64,000 bases of DNA, taken from positions 320,330 through 384,329 of the forward strand of contig QZIT01000005.1 in NCBI GenBank assembly GCA_003599145.1, written 5' to 3'. Numbering within the stretch: position 1 is the first letter of the stretch; each line of letters begins with the position of its first letter. The stretch is from Candidatus Woesearchaeota archaeon. GTDB lineage: Archaea > Nanobdellota > Nanobdellia > Woesearchaeales > UBA9642. Under the pieces are notes generated by a model. The model was not told the DNA's origin and ran no database searches. It worked only from the letters and a program-made list of their open reading frames with translations. This document shows, piece after piece, positions 1 to 8,709 of the stretch. The position numbers were made by a program, and so were the translations under genes.

Positions 1-1479
1 GTTGCGGCAGCAACAGTCATAGGAGGTTTATCTGTTTTAGGATGGCAAAATGATATTATTCCTGAAATGAAAAAATCCATTTATCATGAAGTAAGAGAGC
101 AGATGGAAACAACAGACCCTCTTTATAAAAATGGTTCTGAAGTGAAAGCAAAGTTCAAAACAGGGAAGTATGATATAACGATGAAACTGAGAAACATCAA
201 AGATGAAAGAATGTTTGGCGTTTGGCGAGAAGCAAACCCCACAAAGCTTACTGTTTCCAGAGAGTATTATCGAAGCCTTTTTCCCATCGTTATGGGAGAA
301 ACATCCATCGTTAACGATGTTGCGAAAGAATTTGGTTTTGATGAGCGTTTATTATCCGCAGTAGCAAGAGCTAATGTTCAGTATGATGTCGACAGTGCCC
401 TGAGCAGAGATTTTTTCACTTTAGGGCTGACTAATTTACCTGTACGAATAATCCAGCTGTATGGCATAGAAGATGAAGAAAGCATCAGCAAATTCAGGGA
501 CAAACTTAACTATGACGACAAAGAAAACTTAAGATTTTGTGCAAAATACTTAAGGGATTTATTTTCACAATATGCTATTGATGGAGAAGAAGGCGCATTG
601 CTCGTCAATTATTACGGAGGACCTATGGTTTGGGCTGAGGCTCAGAGATTAGCGAGAGATAAGTTAAGCTCAAGGATGCCTCCAACAGACAATGTCGAAG
701 CGATGATGGAAAACAGGAATAAAGTTGACGAACAGGTATCTTTATACGAAAATTACAGAGAATTTTTGCCCTCTTCAGTCAGATTAGCCGTTGATGTCAC
801 TTTGGCGTTGGGAACGCCAGAACCTGAAAGATATGATTACCCTACAGGAGTTGAAAACTGGACTGACAGAGAAAAAGCGTATGTAGGAAATCCGTTTGAC
901 CTCAGCAGAGACATTATCAACACAAGATTTCATTATTCAGACTCAACAGCGTATGCAACAGATATAGATGTCTTAAGAGATGTCTTATGCAGGTATGATG
1001 CAGTGGGCTGGATAAAGGAAATCAGCGATGAGAAAAAGATTGATAGAAGAATACTGAAAGGCTTGATAGGATTAGGCTATAGAGAGTATCCAAACGATAA
1101 ACTAACGCCCTATTATAAAGAACACGGCTTTGTTGGGTTAGTTCCTCAAAAACCAGAAATTGCAGGAGTTTCAAAAGAAAGGCTTGCAGGAGACCATAGA
1201 TACAATTTAGAAGTTGCCGCAGACAGGTTTACTGAAATTTATCAGCAAGTGTTACCTCAATACCTTAAAGATCACACAGGCATACGAACAAGTCTTGACA
1301 GTCTTGATGCACAATATGAAGCAGCTGCTATTTTCATTACCAATGACCCTCTTGCAAAAGCAAAGGCAGAAGCAGTAGGAAAAAACAGATGGTGGATTTC
1401 TGATTTAGAAAAGCCCTTTAATGCAGCAGTTATGGCCTATAGCACAGGCAGAAGTATCGGAGAAGAAAGGCACCATTAA
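1..1479 (+). CDS. hypothetical protein, 5'-partial (reading frame is open to the window edge; N-terminal hydrophobic segment VAAATVIGGLSVLGW precedes the first ATG at 67)
   Basis: Frame 1 is open from nt 1 through 1479 with no stop before the annotated ATG at 67. The product is a long soluble domain with no motif I recognise. Confidence 0.45.
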   Translation, partial: VAAATVIGGLSVLGWQNDIIPEMKKSIYHEVREQMETTDPLYKNGSEVKAKFKTGKYDITMKLRNIKDERMFGVWREANPTKLTVSREYYRSLFPIVMGETSIVNDVAKEFGFDERLLSAVARANVQYDVDSALSRDFFTLGLTNLPVRIIQLYGIEDEESISKFRDKLNYDDKENLRFCAKYLRDLFSQYAIDGEEGALLVNYYGGPMVWAEAQRLARDKLSSRMPPTDNVEAMMENRNKVDEQVSLYENYREFLPSSVRLAVDVTLALGTPEPERYDYPTGVENWTDREKAYVGNPFDLSRDIINTRFHYSDSTAYATDIDVLRDVLCRYDAVGWIKEISDEKKIDRRILKGLIGLGYREYPNDKLTPYYKEHGFVGLVPQKPEIAGVSKERLAGDHRYNLEVAADRFTEIYQQVLPQYLKDHTGIRTSLDSLDAQYEAAAIFITNDPLAKAKAEAVGKNRWWISDLEKPFNAAVMAYSTGRSIGEERHH

Positions 1480-2384
1480 AACATAATTGTTAATTGGTTT
1501 CCCATTAATTTTAACGTTTGAAATGCAAGGTCATGGATGTAATCAATGACATACACTTGCTTAATATCTTTTTTTCTTTCACTTAGGGCATCTGCTTTTG
1601 CTCTTAAACTGTTAAATTTTTTTGCAAGGGCAACTGCCTTTTCTGGTTTTGCATCATAGAACAAGGCATAATAGTCGTTGAATAAGGAAAGTGTATCCTG
1701 CAATAAAGCTATGCTGTCGTTGTCAAAAACCACTTTTTTTGCCTTGACATAGCGCACAAACTCTTTTATCTTATCTCCCAAATCTTCCAATCCTATAATA
1801 ATAGTATACATGACTGCGGTCTTGTCAAATTCCTTGTATCCTTTTTTGTTTAAAGTTCTCAGACAGTAAAAGCAAAACTTGTTGATGTTGCTATCTATAT
1901 ATTCAACATGCTCAAGATTGGTTTCTTTTTTCTTTGCAGATGCAAGTGTTTCTTCAAGCATGGATTTTAAGAGTAAAAAAATTCTTCTCAATAAATTGTC
2001 AAATTCTTCTGCTGAAGACGTAGAAATCTCCTTTATCTTGCAGACGTTTTTAGATTGGTCAACAATTTCATAGCCAACTAAATCATTAATCACTTCTTTT
2101 TGTATGGTTCTGATTAAAGCAGGGTCGGTAAAATGAACGTCAACCTCATCATAGCCTTTCAGGTAAATGCCGACAATAGCTCTTTGATGCAGCGGTGTTA
2201 AGTGAGAAATATCTATTTTTGCTGTTTTGTTCTCCATGCCCTTTTCTGTATAGATCTCTAAAGCAGTTCCCCTCTCTTCAAGGTTAATTTCATCGCCTTT
2301 TTTCAGGTTAAACTGCTTTATCCATTTGCTAGGCAGGGAAACCATCATGGTTGCAGCGCCCTGCTGCACTAATTTACGCTTCAT
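1476..2384 (-). CDS. PhoU-like phosphate uptake regulator with N-terminal AbrB/SpoVT swapped-hairpin domain
   Basis: The N-terminus 'MVSLPSKWIKQFNLKKGDEINLEERG' has the AbrB/MazE-type beta-hairpin pattern. The remaining ~250 aa are helical and Leu/Lys-rich, as in archaeal PhoU homologs. It converges on the upstream gene with a 4-nt overlap. Confidence 0.5.
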   Translation of the reverse strand: MKRKLVQQGAATMMVSLPSKWIKQFNLKKGDEINLEERGTALEIYTEKGMENKTAKIDISHLTPLHQRAIVGIYLKGYDEVDVHFTDPALIRTIQKEVINDLVGYEIVDQSKNVCKIKEISTSSAEEFDNLLRRIFLLLKSMLEETLASAKKKETNLEHVEYIDSNINKFCFYCLRTLNKKGYKEFDKTAVMYTIIIGLEDLGDKIKEFVRYVKAKKVVFDNDSIALLQDTLSLFNDYYALFYDAKPEKAVALAKKFNSLRAKADALSERKKDIKQVYVIDYIHDLAFQTLKLMGNQLTIMF

Positions 2385-2526
2385 GCAAAAGGGAAAGTAA
2401 AGCGAATATATAAACTTTTCTATTTGATTATATACTTTATACTAATATATATACTTTAATAAAAATGTTTATATCCCCAATAGTGTTCACTACTATCAGA
2501 TGAGAAATCATCGGAGAGGACGAAAC

Positions 2527-3588
2527 ATGAATACCCTAAAACACATGAAACTAGGAATCATTTATGGATTAACGGCATTAACGTTGGCAACAACGGCAAA
2601 TGCAACAGGCATTTTTTCAGACATTAAATACAAAGTCAATGATGACCAAACTGCTGAAACAAGGCAAAGACTTAACTTAGATTTGCCTCTAGGCCTTGAA
2701 ATAAAGGCATTTGCAGACACTGACTATGACAGCGAAGGTAGCGTTACAGAAAAGACTGCAGGCGGATGGATTGCCAAAGGAACAAGATTAGATCATGATA
2801 GTTCCTTGACTATTGACAACAAAACCTACTTGAAAATAAAGCAGAACGTTGCAGATACAAAAAAGAACTCAGTAATTGTAGGAACTGATTTTAACTTTGC
2901 AACACCAACCTTTAACGCCTATGTGCTTCCTGTATGGAGCGAAATCGCAGACAATGAAGTGCAAAACAACTTCATGATGGGCATTGCAACGCAGAAAATA
3001 GGAACAGGTTCCTTGGAAAGCGGAGTCATCTATGAATGGAACAAACATAGTGATGACAATAAAGGTGCCTATGTCATTGCAAAGACAGAAAAGCTTGGTG
3101 TTAGCATGAGCGAGTATGTCTATGACCCTATTGTCAGTGTTGCTGCTGGATGGCAGAATGAAAACGTTGGATTTATGGGATGGACAGAACATAACTACGA
3201 CAATAAAGACTTTAAATTGACTGCATTTGCTGCACAGCATCCTGCAAGCGTTGTAGGAAAAGAAGGAATGAACACCTTAGCAAACGTGTTTTGCATCACC
3301 CAGCCACCTGAATTAGATCCTTACTTGACCAGCACAGGAAGAAAATCCCTTGATGGCCTTGCAGGAAAGCTTGTGATAGAAAAGGTTAGCGATGCATGGA
3401 ACATAACACCAGAAGTTGCCTATAACGCAGGAGACCTTGCTATCATGATGGGCTCAGTGCTGAAAGACGGCGAGTATGATGCCATGACTGCTGCAGTGAA
3501 CTACAGCAAAGGACCAGTGATGGTTGAAGTCAAAGGCGACACGCACAAGAACTTTACACTGTACACTAAAGTTACAGGAACTTTTTAA
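2527..3588 (+). CDS. secreted beta-rich protein, unknown function (signal peptide; C-terminal amphipathic strand ending in Phe)
   Basis: The ORF opens at 2500, but GGAGAGG sits 5 nt upstream of the ATG at 2527. The N-terminus 'MKLGIIYGLTALTLATTANATG' reads as a signal peptide. The body is Gly/Asp/Tyr/Thr-rich and ends '...FTLYTKVTGTF'. Confidence 0.5.
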   Translation: MNTLKHMKLGIIYGLTALTLATTANATGIFSDIKYKVNDDQTAETRQRLNLDLPLGLEIKAFADTDYDSEGSVTEKTAGGWIAKGTRLDHDSSLTIDNKTYLKIKQNVADTKKNSVIVGTDFNFATPTFNAYVLPVWSEIADNEVQNNFMMGIATQKIGTGSLESGVIYEWNKHSDDNKGAYVIAKTEKLGVSMSEYVYDPIVSVAAGWQNENVGFMGWTEHNYDNKDFKLTAFAAQHPASVVGKEGMNTLANVFCITQPPELDPYLTSTGRKSLDGLAGKLVIEKVSDAWNITPEVAYNAGDLAIMMGSVLKDGEYDAMTAAVNYSKGPVMVEVKGDTHKNFTLYTKVTGTF

Positions 3589-3610
3589 TTTTTTTATTTT
3601 TGGTGAGAAT

Positions 3611-4312
3611 ATGAAAGAAGAAAAAAAACCGATATTACTCGAAGGAGATTTAGGAAACGCTGTTGCTGAAGCATATCGAAGAAGAGTTCAGGAAGAGTTT
3701 CCCAACCATGCAGTATTGACAGGTTTAAAATGGGAAGGTGGAACTGTTCGGTATGCAAATACCTATTCCCTTGTTTTGCTAAATCAAGTTTTGCACGATT
3801 TCGGATACCAAGTAGCAACATTAAGAGATATTGAAGACGCCATGGACTCTCAAAACTCTCTTGTTCCTCAAATATTCACCTATCAAACAGGTATTGTTCT
3901 CACTCGAGAACCATCAAAATCCGCACGGTATCTTGTTCGAGAACTCGGATCTCGAATAGGCGTTTCCTATGGACAAAAATTAGAGCTTCCTCTTATGATT
4001 TCTCTCCAAGATTTGGAGCTTATTGATGATAAAAGAGCAATGTTTGGCTTAACCTTTTACCTCCCTTCATATGCAAAGGTCATACCTGCTCCTGAATTCA
4101 ATGAAAAGTATCATCTACATAAGTTTGGGGATGCAGATCGTAATGGACTGCCTGTTCTCGATTCTGATGGTAACCGAACATTACACCTTAAACCAGCGAA
4201 AAAAACAGGTTTGTATAAAGTAGAAGTTCCAAACAAAGATGCATTGTTTGCAAATGACGAACGATTGGAACATGCTCAAAGAAATTATTGTGTAGCTGTG
4301 GTGAAAAAATGA
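3611..4312 (+). CDS. unknown-family protein, paralog 1 of 3 tandem copies
   Basis: The ATG at 3611 follows GGTGAGA. The track start at 3524 lies inside the upstream gene. Motifs LLEGDLG, RYANTYSLVLLN, QTGIVL, GLPVLD..G.RTLH.KP, TGLYKV and FANDERLEHA are shared with the next two ORFs. The stop overlaps the next start (ATGA). Confidence 0.6.
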   Translation: MKEEKKPILLEGDLGNAVAEAYRRRVQEEFPNHAVLTGLKWEGGTVRYANTYSLVLLNQVLHDFGYQVATLRDIEDAMDSQNSLVPQIFTYQTGIVLTREPSKSARYLVRELGSRIGVSYGQKLELPLMISLQDLELIDDKRAMFGLTFYLPSYAKVIPAPEFNEKYHLHKFGDADRNGLPVLDSDGNRTLHLKPAKKTGLYKVEVPNKDALFANDERLEHAQRNYCVAVVKK

Positions 4313-5022
4313 AAAAAGAAAAAAAACCGATATTACTGGAAGGAGATTTAGGGAAAACTGCGTTTAACATTTATTATAGGAAAGCGCAGTATGAATATGG
4401 AGATAATCCCTTATTAAAAGGATTGCAGATTGATAATAGCTCAGGCATTGTCAGAAACGCCAATACGTATGCACTGGCATTACTGAATGAAGTTTTAAGT
4501 ACAACTGAACTTAGTAGTTATAGATTAGTTAGACAAGGGGAAGTTGAAGAGCTCATAAGAGGTTCAGAAATGCCTTTTGTCATGAATATTCAAACAGGGA
4601 TTTTAGTAACCAGCAATCAAAGATCTGAAAGCGAACATCATTTGAGGGGAGCTCTTGAAGAGGGAATAAGAGGTCATTTTTCTTACGTTCAACTACCTCC
4701 TGTAGTAATTCCTATGCCTGAAGTGTTTTTAGGCATCGATAAAGAATCACCAACTGGCATGACTTTGAAACATTCACCCGGAGAAGGCTTTGTCATTGCA
4801 CCACAATTGGATATGCACTATGATGGATATACGTTTAAAGAGTTTGACAGTCGAGGATTGCCTTTGCTAGATATGCACGGAAAAAGAATACTTCATACGT
4901 GCCCTAAGGCTTACACAGGACTCTACAAAGTGCATGTTGAAAACGCACATAGTTTGTATGCGAATGACCACAGATTAGAACATGCAGAAAGAGACAACGT
5001 TGTTCTCGTGGTGAAAAGATGA
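4309..5022 (+). CDS. unknown-family protein, paralog 2 of 3
   Basis: The start at 4309 overlaps the upstream stop by ATGA. Its first ~45 nt are nearly identical to nt 3611-3655 of paralog 1 (atgaaa[g/a]aagaaaaaaaaccgatattact[c/g]gaaggagatttagg). The protein carries the same conserved motifs. Confidence 0.6.
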   Translation: MKKEKKPILLEGDLGKTAFNIYYRKAQYEYGDNPLLKGLQIDNSSGIVRNANTYALALLNEVLSTTELSSYRLVRQGEVEELIRGSEMPFVMNIQTGILVTSNQRSESEHHLRGALEEGIRGHFSYVQLPPVVIPMPEVFLGIDKESPTGMTLKHSPGEGFVIAPQLDMHYDGYTFKEFDSRGLPLLDMHGKRILHTCPKAYTGLYKVHVENAHSLYANDHRLEHAERDNVVLVVKR

Positions 5023-5732
5023 TAATCAACGCTAACTTATTGGAAGGAGAGCTAGGACAAAAAGTTTTTGAAGAGTATCAAAGAACAGTTCAAAATGAAT
5101 TTCCAAATAGAGTAGTATTGGAAAGTCTAGCTTATGAACAAGGCATTGTCAGAAACGCAAACACGTACTCACTTATCTTGCTGAATAGAGTTCTCGAAAA
5201 CTTCGGATATCAACTGGCAAACTTAAGGGATGTAGAAGACGTCGGTAGTAACATAAGTCTTCCATCAATGTTCAGATACCAAACAGGCCTCGTTATAAAT
5301 CCATCAAAGGCAAAGCAATATTTGACAAAAGATCTTATATCTCAAATCCGCGTTCCCGATGGACGAAAATTACAAGGGCCTATAATGATTTCATTAAGAG
5401 ATTTAGAGCTCAAACTGGATGGCAAAGCGAGTTTTGCTTTGGCATTTGCTCTCAGCCCCTTTGCAAGTACCTTTGCAAGCATCATACCTGCTCCTGAACT
5501 CGATGAAAAATATGACGGATATACGTTCTGGAAAACAGACAGCAATGGATTGCCTGTTCTCAACATGATGGGAAGAAGAACATTGCATACCAAACCAATT
5601 GGAGAAAGCACAGGTTTGTATAAAGTAGAAAGCCAAATATCCGAAGCAGACAATAAAGCACAATTATTTGCAAATGAAAGCAGATTAGAATATGCATGGA
5701 ATAATCCTGCTGTTGCGGTGATACGAAAATGA
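5019..5732 (+). CDS. unknown-family protein, paralog 3 of 3
   Basis: Joined to both neighbours by ATGA overlaps. Conserved motifs are LLEGELG, RNANTYSLILLN, YQTGLV, GLPVLNMMGRRTLHTKP, TGLYKV and FANESRLEYA. Confidence 0.6.
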   Translation: MIINANLLEGELGQKVFEEYQRTVQNEFPNRVVLESLAYEQGIVRNANTYSLILLNRVLENFGYQLANLRDVEDVGSNISLPSMFRYQTGLVINPSKAKQYLTKDLISQIRVPDGRKLQGPIMISLRDLELKLDGKASFALAFALSPFASTFASIIPAPELDEKYDGYTFWKTDSNGLPVLNMMGRRTLHTKPIGESTGLYKVESQISEADNKAQLFANESRLEYAWNNPAVAVIRK

Positions 5733-6355
5733 CGCTTTATAAGAAAAAGACGCTTTACGATAACGTACTATTCTTAGAAAAACTAGAGAGACGCATAGAT
5801 GAATCTCTGCATTTTTTAGCTACAAACGGATATGCTATAGAGCGCAATCCTATTGATATAAAAGAAGCATCAGATAAGTTTTTAGCAGCCACTTTGCATT
5901 TTGGTGAGAACAGCGTTGTCTCTCGATTGCGCTCTGGAGAAAGGCTGGATAACATTGTCGATGAGTATATTGGTGAAAGAAAGTACTGGCATTTATTATT
6001 TCACAAAAAAGAAAGGCAAGCGTATAATGCAAAGGTTGATGAGCTTTCAGCCATTATTGATGCTGAAGACCTGAAAGTCACGACGCTTTCTCCTATTGTT
6101 ATGGGAGTTGTAGGGCTTGTTACCTATGGCTTGGGCGCGCTAGTGGGTACCAGTTTAATTGCTGAATATGCATCAAAATATGAACAAGGAAATGCTCAAC
6201 CTATAGACACTTTAGAGACAGGATTAAGCTTGGCAATACTCGTTGGCGTTTTGTACTATGCGACGAAAACCATACTCAAGGACCTATCAAGCAACAAACC
6301 TATACGAGAAAAATTACAACCGCAAATAGATAAAGTGCAGGAATATCTACCATAA
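5729..6355 (+). CDS. small membrane protein (two predicted TM helices), co-transcribed with the paralog triplet
   Basis: The start overlaps the upstream stop (ATGA). The hydrophobic stretches LSPIVMGVVGLVTYGLGALVGTSLIAEYA and LSLAILVGVLYYATKTIL look like TM helices. Confidence 0.5.
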   Translation: MTLYKKKTLYDNVLFLEKLERRIDESLHFLATNGYAIERNPIDIKEASDKFLAATLHFGENSVVSRLRSGERLDNIVDEYIGERKYWHLLFHKKERQAYNAKVDELSAIIDAEDLKVTTLSPIVMGVVGLVTYGLGALVGTSLIAEYASKYEQGNAQPIDTLETGLSLAILVGVLYYATKTILKDLSSNKPIREKLQPQIDKVQEYLP

Positions 6356-6396
6356 ATTTTGCATAATTTTATAAAGCATTTTATGTTACGTTCTTC

Positions 6397-8709
6397 ATGC
6401 ACGGTTTCATTGTTTATCCAACCTATAGAATTATCGATAACAAAGCGTTTGTGTATCTATTTGGACGGTTGGAAAACGGTGAGAGCTTTCTTACCATTAA
6501 TGAATGCAAGCCGTATTTCTACATAAAAAAACTAGATTTGGAAAAAGCAAAAACGTTGGCGAAATTTGAAACAGAAGAAAATCATTTTAAGAATTTTGAA
6601 GGAGAAGAAGTAATCAAAATTATCCTGACAGTTACGTCTGACGTTCCCATAACAAGAGATTTGCTTCAAAGCAAAGACATACCGACCTATGAAGCAGACA
6701 TCAGGTTTATTTACAGGTTCATGATAGATAATGACATCAAGGGAAGCATGAAAATAACAGGAGACTACAAAAAAGGAGACTTTGTCGACAGAATCTATGA
6801 AAATCCAAAACTATCCGAAAGTGATTTTTTTCCTGAATTGAAAATGCTTGCCATCGATATTGAAACCGATGCAAAGCAAAAGGAAATTTACTGCATTTCT
6901 CTGTATACAAAAACGCATCAGGAAGTATTGATCCACAGCAATAAAAAATTGAACAACGCAACATCCTTTGCAACAGAAAAAGAATTATTAGAAACCTTCA
7001 TCAAAAAAATAAAAGAACTTGACCCTGATGTCATCACCGGATGGAACGTCATTCAGTTCGACATAAGAGTTTTAGAGGAAAAATGCAAAAAATACAATAT
7101 TCCCTTTGTTCTCGGCAGAACAAGAGAGACTGCAACGTTAAAAATTTTCAATGATTTTTTGAGAGAGTCAAAAGCAGATATTCCCGGAAGAATGGTCTTG
7201 GATGGCATTCACTTAATTAAGACATCATTCATGCAGTTAAAAGACTACACACTAGATAATGCGGCGTCAGAAATTCTCGGAGAGAAAAAATTAATAGGAA
7301 AAAAAGACAAGGGAAAAGAAATTGAAGATGCCTTTAGAAACAACCAGCAAAAACTGGTTGATTACAATTTAAAAGATTCAGAATTAGTCTATAATATCCT
7401 TGAAAAAACAGGAGTTGTCAAACTAACCATACAACGTTCCTTATTAACAGGACTGCAGTTAGATAAAGTCAATGCAAGCGTTGCAAGTCTAGATAATTTG
7501 TATCTGAGAGAAACGAGAAAAAGAAAAATTGTCTGCAACAACAGCCAGTTTTCTGAAAAAGAAAAACCCATCACAGGCGGTTTTGTCAGGGACAGCATGC
7601 CTGGCTTATATGAGCATATTGTCGTGCTTGATTTTAAAAGCCTGTATCCCAGCGTCATGAGAACATTCAATATTGACCCGTACAGTTTTGTTCATGAAAA
7701 ACCAAAACAGGTTGACAAAAAAAAGTTTGTTGTTGCTCCCAATGGCGCCGTATTCAAAAATGAAGAGGGCATTTTGCCGTCGTTAATTCAAGAACTATGG
7801 GCGCAAAGAGAAAAAGCAAGAAAGCAGAAAAATGAGCTTGCGCGATACGCCATAAAAATTCTGATGAACAGTTTTTTTGGAGTTCTTGCAAATCCATCGT
7901 GCAGGTTTTTCAGCATGGAAATCTCCAATGCAATAACCCATTGCTCACAGATGGTGATTAAATTAACTGCAGAAAAAATAAAAGAAAAAGGATATGTCGT
8001 TATTTATGGAGATACTGATTCTGTTTTTATAGATACAGAAGCAAAGAACGACAAAGAAGCAGAAAACATTGGAAAAGAATTGCAAGACTATATCAATAAT
8101 TTTTATCAGGACTATATCAAGAAAGAATACCATAGAGAAAGCTATTTAGAACTGCAATTGGATAAAGTATTTTTACATTTTCTCATGCCCAGAATACGGG
8201 GAAGTGAAGTCGGAGCAAAAAAAAGATACGCAGGATTGATTATGGAAAACGAAAAAGAAAAGCTTGTTTTTACAGGGCTAGAATCAAAACGCTCTGACTG
8301 GACAGCATTGAGCAAAAAATTTCAGGAAGAACTGTTATTAAAAATTTTCAAGAAAGAAAAATACGACGCATATATACGAACATTTATTGACGACTTGAAA
8401 AAAGGAAAATACGATGATTTGCTTATCTATAGAAAAAAAATAAACAAGCCATTGTCTGCCTATGTCAAAACAACTCCTCCGCATGTCAAGGCAGCAAGAA
8501 AATTAAAGGAAATACATTCTAACGTCATCATGTATATGATGACCACCGACGGACCTGAACCCATACAACAAATAAAGCATCAGATTGATTATGAGCATTA
8601 CCTGGACAAGCAGATAAAGCCAATAGCAGATGCCATTTTAACCTTTATCGATAAAAGCTTTGAAGATGTCATGAAGAACAGCAAGCAAACAAGCTTAAGC
8701 GGGTTTTAA
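6397..8709 (+). CDS. polB: DNA polymerase, family B (archaeal PolB), no inteins
   Basis: The N-terminus resembles archaeal PolB. Exonuclease motif regions are present (DIET..., YNLKDSELVY). Polymerase motifs A (DFKSLYPSVM), KKRYAGL and C (YGDTDSVF) are present. At 770 aa the protein is uninterrupted. Confidence 0.9.
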   Translation: MHGFIVYPTYRIIDNKAFVYLFGRLENGESFLTINECKPYFYIKKLDLEKAKTLAKFETEENHFKNFEGEEVIKIILTVTSDVPITRDLLQSKDIPTYEADIRFIYRFMIDNDIKGSMKITGDYKKGDFVDRIYENPKLSESDFFPELKMLAIDIETDAKQKEIYCISLYTKTHQEVLIHSNKKLNNATSFATEKELLETFIKKIKELDPDVITGWNVIQFDIRVLEEKCKKYNIPFVLGRTRETATLKIFNDFLRESKADIPGRMVLDGIHLIKTSFMQLKDYTLDNAASEILGEKKLIGKKDKGKEIEDAFRNNQQKLVDYNLKDSELVYNILEKTGVVKLTIQRSLLTGLQLDKVNASVASLDNLYLRETRKRKIVCNNSQFSEKEKPITGGFVRDSMPGLYEHIVVLDFKSLYPSVMRTFNIDPYSFVHEKPKQVDKKKFVVAPNGAVFKNEEGILPSLIQELWAQREKARKQKNELARYAIKILMNSFFGVLANPSCRFFSMEISNAITHCSQMVIKLTAEKIKEKGYVVIYGDTDSVFIDTEAKNDKEAENIGKELQDYINNFYQDYIKKEYHRESYLELQLDKVFLHFLMPRIRGSEVGAKKRYAGLIMENEKEKLVFTGLESKRSDWTALSKKFQEELLLKIFKKEKYDAYIRTFIDDLKKGKYDDLLIYRKKINKPLSAYVKTTPPHVKAARKLKEIHSNVIMYMMTTDGPEPIQQIKHQIDYEHYLDKQIKPIADAILTFIDKSFEDVMKNSKQTSLSGF

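Noticed and set aside
1879-2073. Short ORFs antisense or nested inside long genes. Examples are 1879-2073, 2869-3240, 3594-3821, 5342-5663, 6737-6973, 7389-7670, 8804-9183, 10610-10819, 12437-12733, 14371-14610, 25993-26283, 28157-28369, 29165-29452, 32396-32896, 33955-34314, 36594-36800, 37495-38129, 38464-38715, 44777-45447, 47719-49401, 53909-54140 and 56230-56939.
   Set aside because: Each lies within a longer ORF on the other strand or in another frame, and the longer ORF has recognisable domain motifs. The products are low-complexity or Cys/Phe/Leu-rich, as expected from AT-rich antisense translation.
2500-2526. Longest start (2500) of the secreted beta-rich protein, MRNHRRGRNM...
   Set aside because: The ATG at 2527 is preceded by GGAGAGG at appropriate spacing. 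Using it gives a protein that starts right before the signal peptide.
3524-3610. Longer start (3524) for the first tandem paralog given by the ORF track
   Set aside because: That start overlaps the upstream secreted-protein gene by 65 nt. The ATG at 3611 follows a GGTGAGA SD and begins the conserved N-terminus MK.EKKPILLEGDLG shared with paralog 2.
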